64,000 nucleotides of DNA from Epiperipatus broadwayi (GCA_028023455.1 JAQFVV010000010.1:868001-932000), one strand, 5' to 3'; numbered from the stretch's first letter, positions 26,178 to 38,279 are shown. Numbers and translations: made by a program. The notes: generated from the sequence alone by a model not told the origin.

Positions 26178-29100
26178 AAATGGCACAGTTGGAAATTTGA
26201 AACTAGACAGGGAAAGTAATTGTACAAGCGAGACAAAAATTGTCAAGCAATAGTATAGATTTATAACTGAATCGATGAGGAAAATGTTAATAGGTCAAGG
26301 TAGTATCTCAGAATTTGATGTAGGAAATGCTGTTGAATGGCCTTTATACATTATGCAACTTGAAATTTTTTTCACACTTAATGGCATAAGCAGTAATAGT
26401 AGAAAGGTAGCAGATTTATTGTGCTTGTCAGTGAGGAAAGTAGGCAGTAAGTGAGCATTTTAGTCTGTGGCCATCTAGGCATATTGCTAGGCTGGTACTC
26501 TGAAATAGAAAACAGGCAAAAGGAGAAAATATAAAGGATTTTGACATAGCATTACACCAGTTAGTAAAAAATTGTCAATATGTGGAATTTGGTGAACAAG
26601 TCTTGTTGGACCAATTGTTATGGGGAATGGCAGATGAAAGGTTAAGACAAACATTATTGACCGAAACTGAATTGTCTTATGAATTAACTACCAAAAAGGG
26701 ATCGTGTACGAGTTAATTATTGAGCAAACTCTCACTTTTAGAAATAAAGCTTACTAGGAAAACAGAACGGCAGTTTATAAAAGTAGACCACATAGATATC
26801 ATAAATCAAGTAGCAAACCAATATCTTTAGGGGATTATTTTTGCTGTGGGAAAACAGGTCATTTCACTAAGAATTATAAATGGCATCGAGAAAGCTGTTT
26901 TAATTGTAGCAACAGAGAGCATTTAGTAACAGTTTACAAAAAACCCAAGCCAAATGATAAAAGAGAAATAACCAAGCAGAGAGGAGTTAAGCAAGATGAA
27001 GTTAATATTAAAAAAGTAGAATTTCACACTGGCAAAATCAATATATGCTAACACTTAAAATATGTAGCACAGAACTGGAAATGGAGATTGATAGTGGCTT
27101 GGGTATTTTATTGGTGACCAAAAACCAATGGAATAAAATAGCAAAAGGCTAGAAGGTTAAAATTAAAAAATCCAATATAAAAGTGAAAGATACAAGTAGA
27201 AACTCATTAGTATTAGTTGGAATGGCCGAGGCTCCAATTTCATATAGAAATAAAGTGTGCTATTTGCCAATATTTATTGTTGGGTCAAATAAGTCCAATA
27301 ATCAGTAGAGTGGTTTAAGGAGTTAGATATTAAGGTATCTATTGTTTAAAACATTTTCATGGAACAGAAAATGTTAAACAAGTACCCTGAATTATTTTCT
27401 GAGGAGTTGGATTAATAAAAAACAAACCTAGTAGATTTACAATTAAGTGAAAATGTATGGCCTGTGGTCTATAAGCAACAGAAGATTCCATTTGTGCAGA
27501 GAGATAAGGTCAAGGAAAAGTTTAAAATGTTGGTGGCTAAAGGCATGTTAACCTCTGTAGAAGAGGCAGAATGGGCCATGTCCATAGTGGTGATAACTAA
27601 ATCTAACTGGCAAATCAGAATGTGCAGAGATTACCATGTTACCATTAATAAATATCTAAATAAAAGTCCATACCTGGTATCTAATGTTAGAGAAGTTTTA
27701 ACGAATTTGTCCAATGCAAAGTTTTTTGCCAAATTGGACCTCAACTCCGCATATCAAATTAAAGTTATGGACAAAACAACAAAAATATTAATGCTAACCA
27801 CACCTTTTGGGCTATTCAAATGTAATTGTTTATCATTCGGAATTGCTATGGCACCAAACATTTTTCAGGCCAAGTTAAACTTAATGTTATTAGGGATAAA
27901 AGAGGTAATGCCTTATTATAATGACATTTTGATAACAGTGACATCTAGTGAATTATTAAGAGAGAGAATTTTGAAAGTTTGCAATAATTAAATAAGGCAG
28001 GAGTTAAGTTAAACCATGAAAAGTGTGTATGGCAGACACAAGAGTTAATGTTTCTGGGTCACAGCATTTCATATAAAGGAGAACATCCTTAAACAGACAG
28101 ACAAATTCAGGGCCATTAGAAATGCTGAAATGCCTAAAAACATAAAACAGTTTCAGACATCTTAGGGCTATTTAATTTTTTTGAGCCATTTTTAAACAAT
28201 AAGGCAATGGTGGTGAAACCATTGTATAAGTTATTGTGCAAAGGGCAAAGTTGGATTTGATCAGAAACTCAAGACGGCTTTTGAAAAAATGAAAGAGCTT
28301 TTATCAGCTGATATGTTGTTGGTATACAGTGGGTGTGAAGTTAGAATTACTACTGCTGCATCACATTGTGGGGTAGGAGTTGATTTATCTCACCCTATAG
28401 ATCATATCGAGTAGCCTGCAGCTTATGCATCCAGAACATTGTCAAAAGTAGAGCATAATTTTAGTCAAATTGACAAAGAAGCTCTGGTAATCATTTTTGC
28501 AGTAAAAAATATCAGTTTGTTTTCAGTGTAGTTTTGATATTATTTCTGATCATAAGCTTTTGTTGGGGGTTTTAGGAAATGGTTATTCAGCACCTGAACA
28601 TTTAAGTCCATGTATGTTACGATGGCAGAATGTGTTAGCTGCATATGCTAATTCATTAAAATATAAATGGGGGAAAGCTCACATGCAGACACATTGTCAA
28701 GATTTTCAAATAGTCAAGAAACATCAATAGTAAGTTTGAAGTTAATTATATTGATAGCATGAACTCACAAGTGTTAAATAGTAAAACAGTTCAAAAGTGG
28801 ACTAGGGGAAGAAAAAGGGGGTACAATATTCTGATGAATTGGATTAAGAAGAGCTGGCCTAAAAACTAGACATACTTATATGATAATGGGGTTTGGGGTT
28901 AATAGAGAGCAGTTATCTGTTTGTAGAGGGTGTCTGGTAATGGGGGGGGGGGTAGAATAGTTATACTACCTACAGTGAGGGATAATGTTTTAAAGCTTCT
29001 TCATGAAGGACATTCTGGCATAGTGTGTGCGAAAGCTTTGGCAAGTAGCTATGTCTGGTGGCTGCAAATTAATGCAGATATAAATAACTACATCAAAAGT

Positions 29101-29949
29101 TGTTCCACATGTCAGTGAGAAGGTGCATTACTGGAGAAATGATTTACATCCTGGATGAAGGCAACAAAAGCTGGGGAAACATGCATATTGATCACATGGG
29201 ACCAGTAAATGGAAAAATATTGATAAATTACAGATGCATTCTCAAGATGGATAGAATGCCATATAGTGAAAGATACTAGTGCACTAGAAACAATTAAATG
29301 TTTAAAGATGGTTGGATTAGCAGAGAATGCAGTACAGCAAGTAAAGAGAAGTGTAAAAAAATGACTACTGTAGAAATGCAAGATGCATACCAGACATTTA
29401 TGCTATACCAATATTTAATGTCATCTACAACAACAGGAAATTCTTCAGCTGAATTAATATGTGGATATAAACTAAGAACTAAAATGCAATTTTGTATCCT
29501 TATGAAAAGATTAGTCTTCCAAATTTGAAGCCAAGTAAATCATTTGGATTTGGTGAGCCTGTATGGTTGAGACATAATATGGAAAAAATGGATCAAGGGA
29601 TTAATAGACAAAATACTGTCAAATCAAACTTGTGTGGTTGGTGGAATTAATGGCTTAAAGCACAGATGCCATATGAACCATATAAAGAAAAGAGAGCCGG
29701 ATGAATTGCAGCTGGAAATACGGCAAGATGAAAATATGCAGGAGGCGGAAAGTGAGGAATGAAGCAACACAGGAAGAAAGACAGAGGAAAACCAGTTAAT
29801 CGAGGAAAACAGTGATGAAATTGCAGAAGGAATTCAAGCAAAACCTAAAATAAATAAATTATCCACTGTGTGCACATAAAAAGAAAAACAGAAAGATGGA
29901 AGGATTATGTGTAAGAAACAATTACAACTTCTGGAGTGAGGAGAGGAAT

Positions 29950-30701
29950 TGTAGTATAAAAAATAGTGATAAGAATACTCCAGAAGTTAAATTTAAATAT
30001 ATTAATGACAATGGAAACTATTTTAGGAATGACTTATAAATGTAAGAAAATGAATAAAGTTATATAATTAAAAGGTTTTTTCTAGAAATGGAAGAGCAAA
30101 TTTTGAACTGAGTAAAGATAAAATCTTATGAAAATAGTAAATCCAGAAAGTGAAATTAATTAAATGTTTTCACAAAGGAATTTTAAGAAATGAAAAATTG
30201 TTGATAAGAAACAATTAAATTGAAGACTATAAAAATTTGGAATTGTAGATCTAAGTGCTCTTTTTTTCCATTTGTGTTGATGAACTGCTATCATTGGTAA
30301 CCAGTTAACATTTGTGAGGGAATAAATTCAGATGTTTTGGAATCTGAAGATATAAAAATCTGACTACTATTTAAAGCAGATTATCCTGATTTTATTTTGT
30401 TTTTATATAAGCTTAAATGGCTCTTAGGTTTTAACTTAGGGAGCTTATAGTTAACTACCATAGTTGTGGAAAAGTCAATCCATCAAACAAGACAATAATT
30501 GTCAGACAATATTGAAAAAGTGATTAAAGATTTTTAGAACTCCATGATCATTTATTTGTCTGTATATTAATTATATTTAAGCTTGTATATATTCTAGTTT
30601 TGTGTTTGTATAACGTATAATAAACTCTTAGTACTAAATTTAGTTTTAGTTATCAATTAATTGTGGTTTACCCTTCAAGAGTTGTGGGTAAATACACAAC
30701 A
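29950..30701 (+). repeat. 3' LTR (TGTAG...CAACA) preceded by polypurine tract 29933-29948
   Basis: GGAGTGAGGAGAGGAA lies just 5' of TG. Colinear with the 5' LTR. Confidence 0.92.
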
Positions 30702-30749
30702 ATAATAAACGTGTGTATTCATGTCAGCCAGAGAGCAGTTGTTAAGAGC

Positions 30750-31505
30750 CTGCAACAGCACCATAAATGTATGTATTATCCTGTAATTTTGAAAATACTC
30801 CACTGCAACTTCTGTCACTGGTATGTTCCAAATTTTAATCATTTTTGCAAAATGTTAGGAAAAATAATTAAACACTAGCTTGAATGAAAGTGCTACAGTA
30901 AATGCAAAAAAATCATGGCAATGGTGGCAAAATATTAACATTTGTAAGTTATAATATACCTAAAAAAATAATTAATTAAATATTCTGAATGGCATTTATA
31001 AAAAAAAAAATATTATTAATTACTTAAACTTAACATTAATTTGTATTCTATTTGTCAATACTTTTTAAAATTAACAAGTAACACATGTGAGATAAAATAG
31101 TTTTGAGGAAAAAAAATCAACAAATACTTCAACAAGATGTGATATGTTGGACTATTTCCATCATTTATGAGTGAATGTTGAATGTATAGAAAATTTTAAA
31201 CTTTTCAAATACAAACAACTTGTTAGTAATAACACACAAATAGACAATACAGGTTAGTTATTACTAACAAGTTGTTTGTATTTGAAAAGTTTAAATAAAG
31301 TTTAAAATTTTCTATACATTCAACATTCACTCATAAATGATGGAAATAGTCCAACATATCACATCTTATAATATACCATCATTACAAACCTTCAGACAAA
31401 TACTAAATACTTCAACATCTGTGAAAATTGATAATTAAATAAAAAACCATTTGACAAGCTTCCAGTGAAGGGAATGAAGAAATTATAAGTAAGTATCTAT
31501 ATTTC
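30750..31505 (+). repeat. Copy B of the inverted duplicated segment
   Basis: 54-nt block 30767-30820, 38-nt GT..AG interval 30821-30858, 85-nt block 30859-30943 followed by gtaagt. A further shared gtaagta lies near 31490. Confidence 0.8.
31134..31367. repeat. Near-perfect inverted repeat, ~100-nt arms, 23-nt spacer
   Basis: 31134-31233 equals the reverse complement of 31257-31367 except for an 11-nt local duplication in the right arm. Confidence 0.97.
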
Positions 31506-31655
31506 TTTTTTGTTGTTGTTATTAAATATTTAAATGAAAAAAAAGTAAATGTAATTTTTTATTTGTTTTATTTCTTAAGGTTGTTCAAAATTGATTAGAA
31601 TGTTAATTACAGTAAGGAATGTTATTTTTTATGTAGAAGTTTTAAATATAGTCAA

Positions 31656-31751
31656 GCATTGGTGGTCGAGAGGTCAGCACAGCTGCCCTACAAGCAGTTG
31701 TCCGGGTTAGCGGATTCCCTTCCTGGCTGATGCTATGACACATGAAAAAAA
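31656..31751 (+). mobile_element. Short tRNA-derived SINE, copy 1
   Basis: GCATTGG..CTGATGC acceptor-like stem, GCTGC-CCTACAA-GCAGT anticodon-like arm, expanded T loop, then TATGACACATG and an A tail. Two more copies near 57 kb. Confidence 0.85.
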
Positions 31752-32409
31752 GAAAGAGAAAAGGTTTTAAATAAAAGAATTATTTTTATACTACTATTAT
31801 TAAAAGAAATTGAAATAGAAATATACTACATAGATCAAAATTGGGGGAAAATATATTGATATTAAAGAAAAATGTTTTAATTAAATTTATATTTTATAAT
31901 TATTCTAAATTAACTTGAAAGAATTATTTTTATGATTTTCATTTGATTAATTAAAAAAAAATTATATTTATTTGTACTAATGTAAGAAACAAATTAATCC
32001 AAAAGATAATGAAATTCAAGATAAAGATAGAGCTAGATAAAAGAGTATAAATAAACTTTTACAATAAACAAAAAAATCAGTAAAATTGTAGCTGAGGAAG
32101 AAAATATATCAGTCTATTGTCAACAATCTATTCTAAATAGAAGTGTAGAGCAAAAAAAATGATTTCTTCTGTTTCCATAAAGCAGATTTTAAATGCCAGT
32201 AACCTATGAAATAAACAGATAAAATCAAATTTCTACCACGGACACTATATTCGAATATGACTTCAGAAAATGACATTCCTTATGATGACAGTTAAAACAA
32301 GAAAGTGAAATTGTTTTAATCCTAGGTAACCCAAATCTCCATTATTACTCAAAGTTTAAAATAGAAAAAAATAAAAAAAGAAAGCAAAAACATCTACATT
32401 GTTATAAAT

Positions 32410-32835
32410 TTGTGGGCCGGAAATATAAAGGTAATTATTTATATTTGCTCTCTCTCACTATAGATATATATTTGAAAATCAATTCTGAAAAGTATTGCTC
32501 TTTATTAAAATTATATTTCATAGTGACATTACGTTTTTTTGTATTTATTATATAAGGAATTTGAGCACAGACTTTCAAGCTGCCTTCAGCTATCTAATCT
32601 CTCTTGTTAGATTGTTTAAAAAAATAGTATTGTTAGTCTAGTCTGAATATAGTCCGCTGGTTAAATTTTAGTTTTCATTAGTTATGATTGCTAACTATTT
32701 GATAATACATTTTATTTCATTAATTTAGTAAATTTAACTTTCAAAGATTTAAAGAATCACTTTAACAAAGTTGTAAATAACCACACCACTTTCTATATTA
32801 AGGTCAATTTATTTATATGGAAAAAGATGGCGATC
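32410..32835 (+). promoter_or_regulatory. Possible promoter / first-exon region
   Basis: Local CpG retention, an ETS-like CCGGAA followed by a donor-like aag|gtaatt (~32417-32436), and a YY1-like AAGATGGCG at ~32823. Motif-only evidence. Confidence 0.25.
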
Positions 32836-32944
32836 TTTAAAGCATAAGAAGGTCAGTGGTAGTTAGAAATTTATAAAAAAAAATGTGTAGTAGATATATA
32901 TAAAACAACTTGAGATCTTTAACAACTTATCATTGAAAGTTAAA

Positions 32945-33308
32945 ATTAAAACAGGCAAAACTCTCCATACAGTAGTGCCACTCAGTGCAAGCCAGAGTAA
33001 TCAATGAATGCCAGAAGTGCATAAAATCCTATCTAGTGCCCACTCATCCAATATCCTCAGACTAGTTTATAGCTTGTGGCTTTCATCAGTGAGGAGTCTT
33101 GGATCTGAGAGCATCGCACTTAGATCTTAAGATCTAATACAGATCCAAGGCTTCTTACTGGCAAAAACCACAAGCTAGAAACTAGTCTGGGGATATTGGA
33201 TGAGTAGGCACTAGATAGGGATTTTATGCACAAGCCTTTTGACATCCATTGATTACTCTGGCTTCCACTGAGTGGCACTACTGTATGGAGAGTTTTGCCT
33301 ATTTTAAT
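32945..33308. mobile_element. Foldback element family 1 (Penelope pLTR-like), both arms carrying degenerate hammerheads
   Basis: ~170-nt inverted arms around the palindrome TTAGATCTTAAGATCTAA (33120-33137). Hammerhead-like motifs at 33054-33095 (-, GAAA changed to TAAA) and 33152-33193 (+, core CTGGCAA). Confidence 0.8.
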
Positions 33309-33670
33309 AACAGTTATGAGCAAGCATAAGAAATAGTGATCATGTGAAAGTTAAAATTACATAATTAATTAAATAATATCAAATATTTAATAATCATAAT
33401 GATTTTAATGAAGACTAAAATTTCACCACCGGACTAATATGTCAAATGCTGATATTTAATGTGAGAAAATTATAAAATAATATAAGTTTTTTTAAAAAAA
33501 AATTAATTATTCTTGAAGGTTATACTAAAACATTTGAATAAGTGTGTGTACATATGGAAGAATTCAATGTAAGCCAAATACAGACTTTATTATTATTGTT
33601 GAAAATCTTAATTGAGTATTATTTAAAATAATTAGTAAATAAATATAATACTTCTGTTAATACAACTTAT

Positions 33671-34157
33671 AAATTACAATATAACAATTCATCAATTGCT
33701 AAAACAGAGAATCTTTAATAAATAAAACCATTATTGCCCTATGAGTCCTTATCAAGGCAGAATAAAAAAATCCTATTTTTCTCCTAAGTGATAAATTCAA
33801 TGTTTCGTTGCATTGGCCAGGAACAACTAATTGGAAAGCTGGTTAATTTTGAATTCATAGCACAAGATGAATTTTGTATAAGATATGATTCTTTAAAAAA
33901 TAAACTGCAAGATTTAAAAAAAACACAAGATCTTATACAAAATTCATTTTGTGCTATGAATTCAAAATGAATTAGCTTTCCGATTAGTTGTTTTTGGCCA
34001 ATGCAATGAAACATTGAATTTCTCACTTAGGAGAAAAATAGGATTTTTTATACTGCCTTGATAAGGACTCGTGGGAGTTGAAAGTGCTTGGCAATAGTGG
34101 TTTTATTTATTAAACATTCTCTGTTTTAGCAATTGACAAATTGTTTTATTGTAATTT
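33671..34157. mobile_element. Foldback element family 3 with degenerate hammerhead-like motif
   Basis: Arms 33671-33884 and 33930-34157 with a 45-nt spacer. Right arm 34054-34093 reads TGCC-TTGATAA-GGACTC-GTGG-GAGTT-GAAA-GTGCTT-GGCA. The inverted repeat is certain; the ribozyme origin is inferred. Confidence 0.7.
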
Positions 34158-34276
34158 AAAATAATTAGAAAAAGTTCATTTCTTTGTATAATAACATGGC
34201 TGGAATGTTTAGTGTATACTCATATGTGAAGGCATGAACTATACCTATGCATGTGGGTTTTGGTGCCAGTACTTGT

Positions 34277-34770
34277 GTACTATTCCTGCAATGAAGAGAA
34301 GATAGGAGGCTTTTTCACATGTTTAATATTGTGATTGAAAGAAAATAAATCCTGTGATGTATATTGAAAAACATGTGAAAACATGACACAACAAGCAAAA
34401 AAACATGCTCAGAATCTTCAATACAGATACACAACCATTGAAACAAAGAATTAACCCTCCATTCTAACATCCTACTAATGAACATGTAACAATAGTAGCA
34501 ATAATAAATTTATTTTGGAAAAAAAAACGTGATTTCCTTTTCAAAACCTGCTTTGATTGGTGTTATTTTGCTTTATTTATATTTGTCAGTTGCAAAAACT
34601 TTTTTTCCACAAAAATCTACTTGGATTGCTGTTATTTTGGCTTCTTTATATTTGACAATTGATGAAAACTTGGCTATTATTCCTGCAATGAAAAACAGAT
34701 AGGATGCCTTTTCACATGTGTAATCCTGTGATTGAAAGAAAATAAACCCTGCATTAATGTATATTGAAAA
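34277..34770 (+). repeat. Two single-arm copies (~34277-34380 and ~34672-34770) of the MITE-like repeat at 36.7-36.9 kb
   Basis: Shared tattcctgcaatgaa(g/a)a..gatagga.gc.ttttcacatg and gtgattgaaagaaaataaa.cctg. Confidence 0.8.
34530..34670 (+). repeat. Degenerate ~70-nt tandem unit, also present at ~35655-35745
   Basis: Repeated atttgtcagttgcaaaaa..aaaatct.cttggatt.ctgttattttg..ttcttt..atttgacaattgatgaaa. Confidence 0.7.
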
Positions 34771-35023
34771 AGGTGATTCTCTTTATAATGGCTTACTAGT
34801 TTTAAGTAGGACAAGAATTCATCTGATACGTTTGCTTAGGTGCCTTAATATTCTTATTGAATTGTTTAAATTTTTCATTTCAATTTGATTGGTAGTAGAT
34901 TTTAAATATGCATAGAAAATATGCAGAAATATAATATTAAAATGCCTTTCATGTAATTTCCAAAAGTCGATGTCGTGAATATTTTTTAAAACGTCTTAAA
35001 AGTTCAGCAGTCTATAGGACAGA

Positions 35024-35215
35024 GCAAAACTCTCCATACAGTATTGCCACCTGTGCTAAACAGAGTAATCAATGGATGCCAGAAGGCTTGTGCATAAAAT
35101 CCCTATCTAATGCCTACTCATCCAATATCCCCAGACTAGTTTCAGGCTTGTGGCCTTCGTCAGTGAGGAGCTTTGGATCTGAGAGCACTGCATCTAGATC
35201 TTAGGATCTAATGCA
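35024..35215 (-). mobile_element. Third arm of foldback family 1, including the apex palindrome
   Basis: Matches 32955-33137 and ends in tgcatctagatcttaggatctaatgca. Confidence 0.9.
35128..35169 (-). ncRNA. Minimal type I hammerhead ribozyme, intact core
   Basis: Minus strand: TCCTCA-CTGACGA-AGGC-CACAA-GCCT-GAAAC-TA-GTC^TGGGGA. Stem I is 6 bp with one G:U, stem II is 4 bp, stem III is the palindrome ACTAGT, and the cleavage triplet is GUC. Confidence 0.85.
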
Positions 35216-36725
35216 ATCCTCTAGCAACCACCTTTTATCTCTACTTAACTACAAAACTATAAGACCAAAAAAAAAGTTTATTTTTATTTTAGATCTATAG
35301 TATCTATTTTTTAAACTAGAATTATTTATAATAAAACAAGATTTTTTCTTCTTCTCCCTTTTCCTGTTTGTTAAACAATTTGATAAATTTTTTTCCCAAG
35401 TAAAAATTAATCCGGATATTATTTTTTTAGTAAACACCAATGAATTTTAAAACTATTTAGAACAGACTACAAAAATTATATTTACAAAAATTGCAGATTG
35501 AATAGAAAATCTGAATTTGGTTATTGTGTACTCAAGCTGGGGTGCAAATCCGGGACAGTTAATTATATCAGAATGATCTTTAAGCCAATGCTAGTATTCT
35601 TAATTGCAATAAACAAGGAAGAAAAACAGCAAACTCTCAGCACCACTCCCAACCCATTTGTCAGTTGCAAAAATTTTTTGTCCCAAAATCTGCTTTGATT
35701 ACTGTTATTTTGCATTCTTTGGATTTGACAATTGATGAAAGTTTTTTTTCACCAAGGAAAAAGGCTGAATTCTTCCTCAACAGTGGATGCTTGGTGGTGT
35801 ATGCAGAGAGATCATGGCAGCTAAAGATTGGATAGTGGCAGCAACACTTAGAATTTGGTGGAGAAACTGCACTTCACAGTCCAAAGACTATGGCATTGAT
35901 GAAAGAAACAGCAGTGCAGGAGTTACATCAACTCAACACTTGCTGAATTTATGTGGCATTGTTTGCACAAAAATGACCTCACATTTTTCTCTAGACGCAA
36001 TGACATATAAAACAATTTTTTCCACTTGCATAAAGAAGTCTTACAATTGATATATGTTTATTGTTGTTAATTATTTATTTTCTATTTACAAAAAAAGGAT
36101 AGGTTTCTTAAAATTTTGGTTATTCAATTTTTTCCACCAACATGAAAAGTGGTAATAAAAGTTTTATAATTTATATTTATTTATTGGTCTGAATTATTTG
36201 TTTTGTTTTTTTTTAAATAAAAACAAAATGTTTCGTAATATTTTTCTGGAAAATCTTGCATCATGTGTTCATTTTGGAGGGAACATTTGTGTCAATTTTC
36301 TGTGGTCAAATGAAAATTCAATTTGTTTGTTTGAATGTGATTAATTATTGTTATTTATTACAGTGTAAGTATCATATATGTATATTATATATTTTTGTAA
36401 ATAATACTTAATAAAATTATAATTTAGTGATTGTTTATGCATCTGTAAAGTATCATTTGGGAGTTTAATCTATTTTTGGGGGCTGAGAACATGTAGTTTT
36501 TAAGATAGATAAAACAAATGTTCATGTTTGTGTCAAGCTGCCGATAATTTTGTAAATCTTGTGAAAAGTGTTCCCATTTTTGCTGTGTTTTTAAAAAACT
36601 ATTTCTACACATTTTTTGAAATTGATTGAATTAAGTGTCAAAGCTTCATTGTCTGCATATGTGTAGATTTTATAGAAGTATGTGTATATCTCATATATTT
36701 ATTTATTTTTACCTTTTTTAAAATA

Positions 36726-36908
36726 TTGTGTACTATTTCTGCAATGAAGAAAAGATAGGAAGGCTTTCCACATTTGTATCAATGCATTAGTAACTCTGTA
36801 ATGTTTGATAACTTTGTAAATGGTTGCCAAAATAACATTAAAAAGTTACCAGTGTATTGAATGTGAAAATGCCTTCTATCTTCTCCTCATTGCAGAAATA
36901 GTACACAA
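36726..36908. mobile_element. MITE-like hairpin element, ~50-nt terminal inverted repeats
   Basis: ttgtgtactatttctgcaatgaagaaaagataggaagg is the approximate reverse complement of ccttctatcttctcctcattgcagaaatagtacacaa. Inner sequence is also partly inverted. No TSD identified. Confidence 0.65.
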
Positions 36909-38279
36909 ATACCTTAATGTCTATTTATTCTAGTAGCAGAGATCAATTATAATATGTATTGCTATGTGGTTTATATGATGAAAATGATATGTTGAGACAT
37001 ATTGAGATTTGATGTTTAGATTAATAAAAAATATAATTAAGAAGCTTTTCAGTTAACCCATAATGATAATTATGTTGAATCAATGAAGCTTTTGATATGA
37101 ATGGGATATGAGAATATATGTGTGAAAAAGTATTACAAGTTGTGTATTAAATAATGAATAATATTCTAAGTAAATATATTACCAGTTGTATATAAAATAA
37201 TGAATAATGCTCTAAATTAAATAATAATGAAAATCCAGTCATAGTATTTCGTCTGTCCAGAAAGAAATATCCATTCAAACATGAGTGTTCCGATGTAAAA
37301 GTAGAAAGTATGCATGTATTTAATAATAATGAACCATTGAGGTTTAGTTATATAATTGTGGCCTATTTACTGGCATATTAGGAACAATACAGTATATTGT
37401 TTGCTTTTGGGTATAAGAAATTATAAAGATTATAAAAGTTTCTATACTTGTCTAGATATAATGTCTAATTGTTTAAAATGCTTAATGAAGTAACTTAATA
37501 TGATTTGGCACAAGATTGTTAAAATGGATAAATGTTAAGATTTATCATATTCTGTCAGCATACCTACTTTTCTGTGAAACATTTAGGATTACTAGACTTG
37601 AATTATAATAAAAACTAATATATGTAAATATATTAGTTTATTAAGCACAAGCAGATGATATAATAATAACGTGAAAAGCTGAAACCTTTGACAGAAGTAC
37701 CTTAAAAAATAACTAATATAGTAGGAATAATGAAGAGATAATTTAAATTACTGATATCCAACAATAAAATTATATTTAAAAGAGTAAATGTTACACAAAG
37801 AATAAATAATAAATGGGCTAATTATAATCTACAATATTAACTTCCTAATAAATTTATACTAATATTTAATCTGTTTTACAGGTTAACCAACAAAGTAATA
37901 TTGGACTAAAATACAAACTATGATATAGTGTGAACATTTATTTGGTTCTCCATGAATTAGATAGATGGGGCTAAGGTATATCATCTTCAAAAATCCACAC
38001 AAACCTAGATACATGTGTTCCTCTTGTTGTTTTTATGACTGTGATGATTGTTGGTTCTAAATGGCAGTAAATATCCACCTGCAGGTATAAATATCATGAA
38101 TCATTTTTGTGATACCACTTCATATAATTCCTTTCTCATTTTGTCTCTAGATTTATTATTCTACCATGATTTTCATAACTGCACTATTCTAGTTTTTATT
38201 AATTATTTTTGATGATGTCTAAATATGTAAATTTTATATAATATATGAATTTTTTCTACAGTATATGTAATATATAGGA

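Larger units (their letters stand above)
25497..30701 (+). mobile_element. Ty3/Gypsy LTR retrotransposon, Mag-like, full-length but decayed
   Basis: LTRs at 25497-26177 and 29950-30701. Gag shows EFDVGNAVEWPLYIMQLEIFFTLNGI and twin knuckles (CCGKTGH..CFNCSNREH). Protease MEIDSG; RT FAKLDLNSAYQI and PFGLF..LSFGI..APNIFQ; RH; integrase LLHEGHSGIV..KALASSYVWW..CSTCQ. Domain order is PR-RT-RH-IN. Confidence 0.95.

Noticed and set aside
25490-30710. Target-site duplication for the Gypsy element and continuation of the LINE beyond it
   Set aside because: Flanks (aatat vs ataat) do not match cleanly, and the sequence after 30701 gives no convincing RT motifs.
31656-31751. Functional tRNA gene (also the two copies near 57 kb)
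   Set aside because: T loop is 14-15 nt, the D stem is mispaired, anticodon loops differ among copies, and all share an A-tailed 3' extension.
35787-36050. 87-aa ORF in a GC-richer patch
   Set aside because: No recognisable motif. It may be an unidentified transposon scrap.
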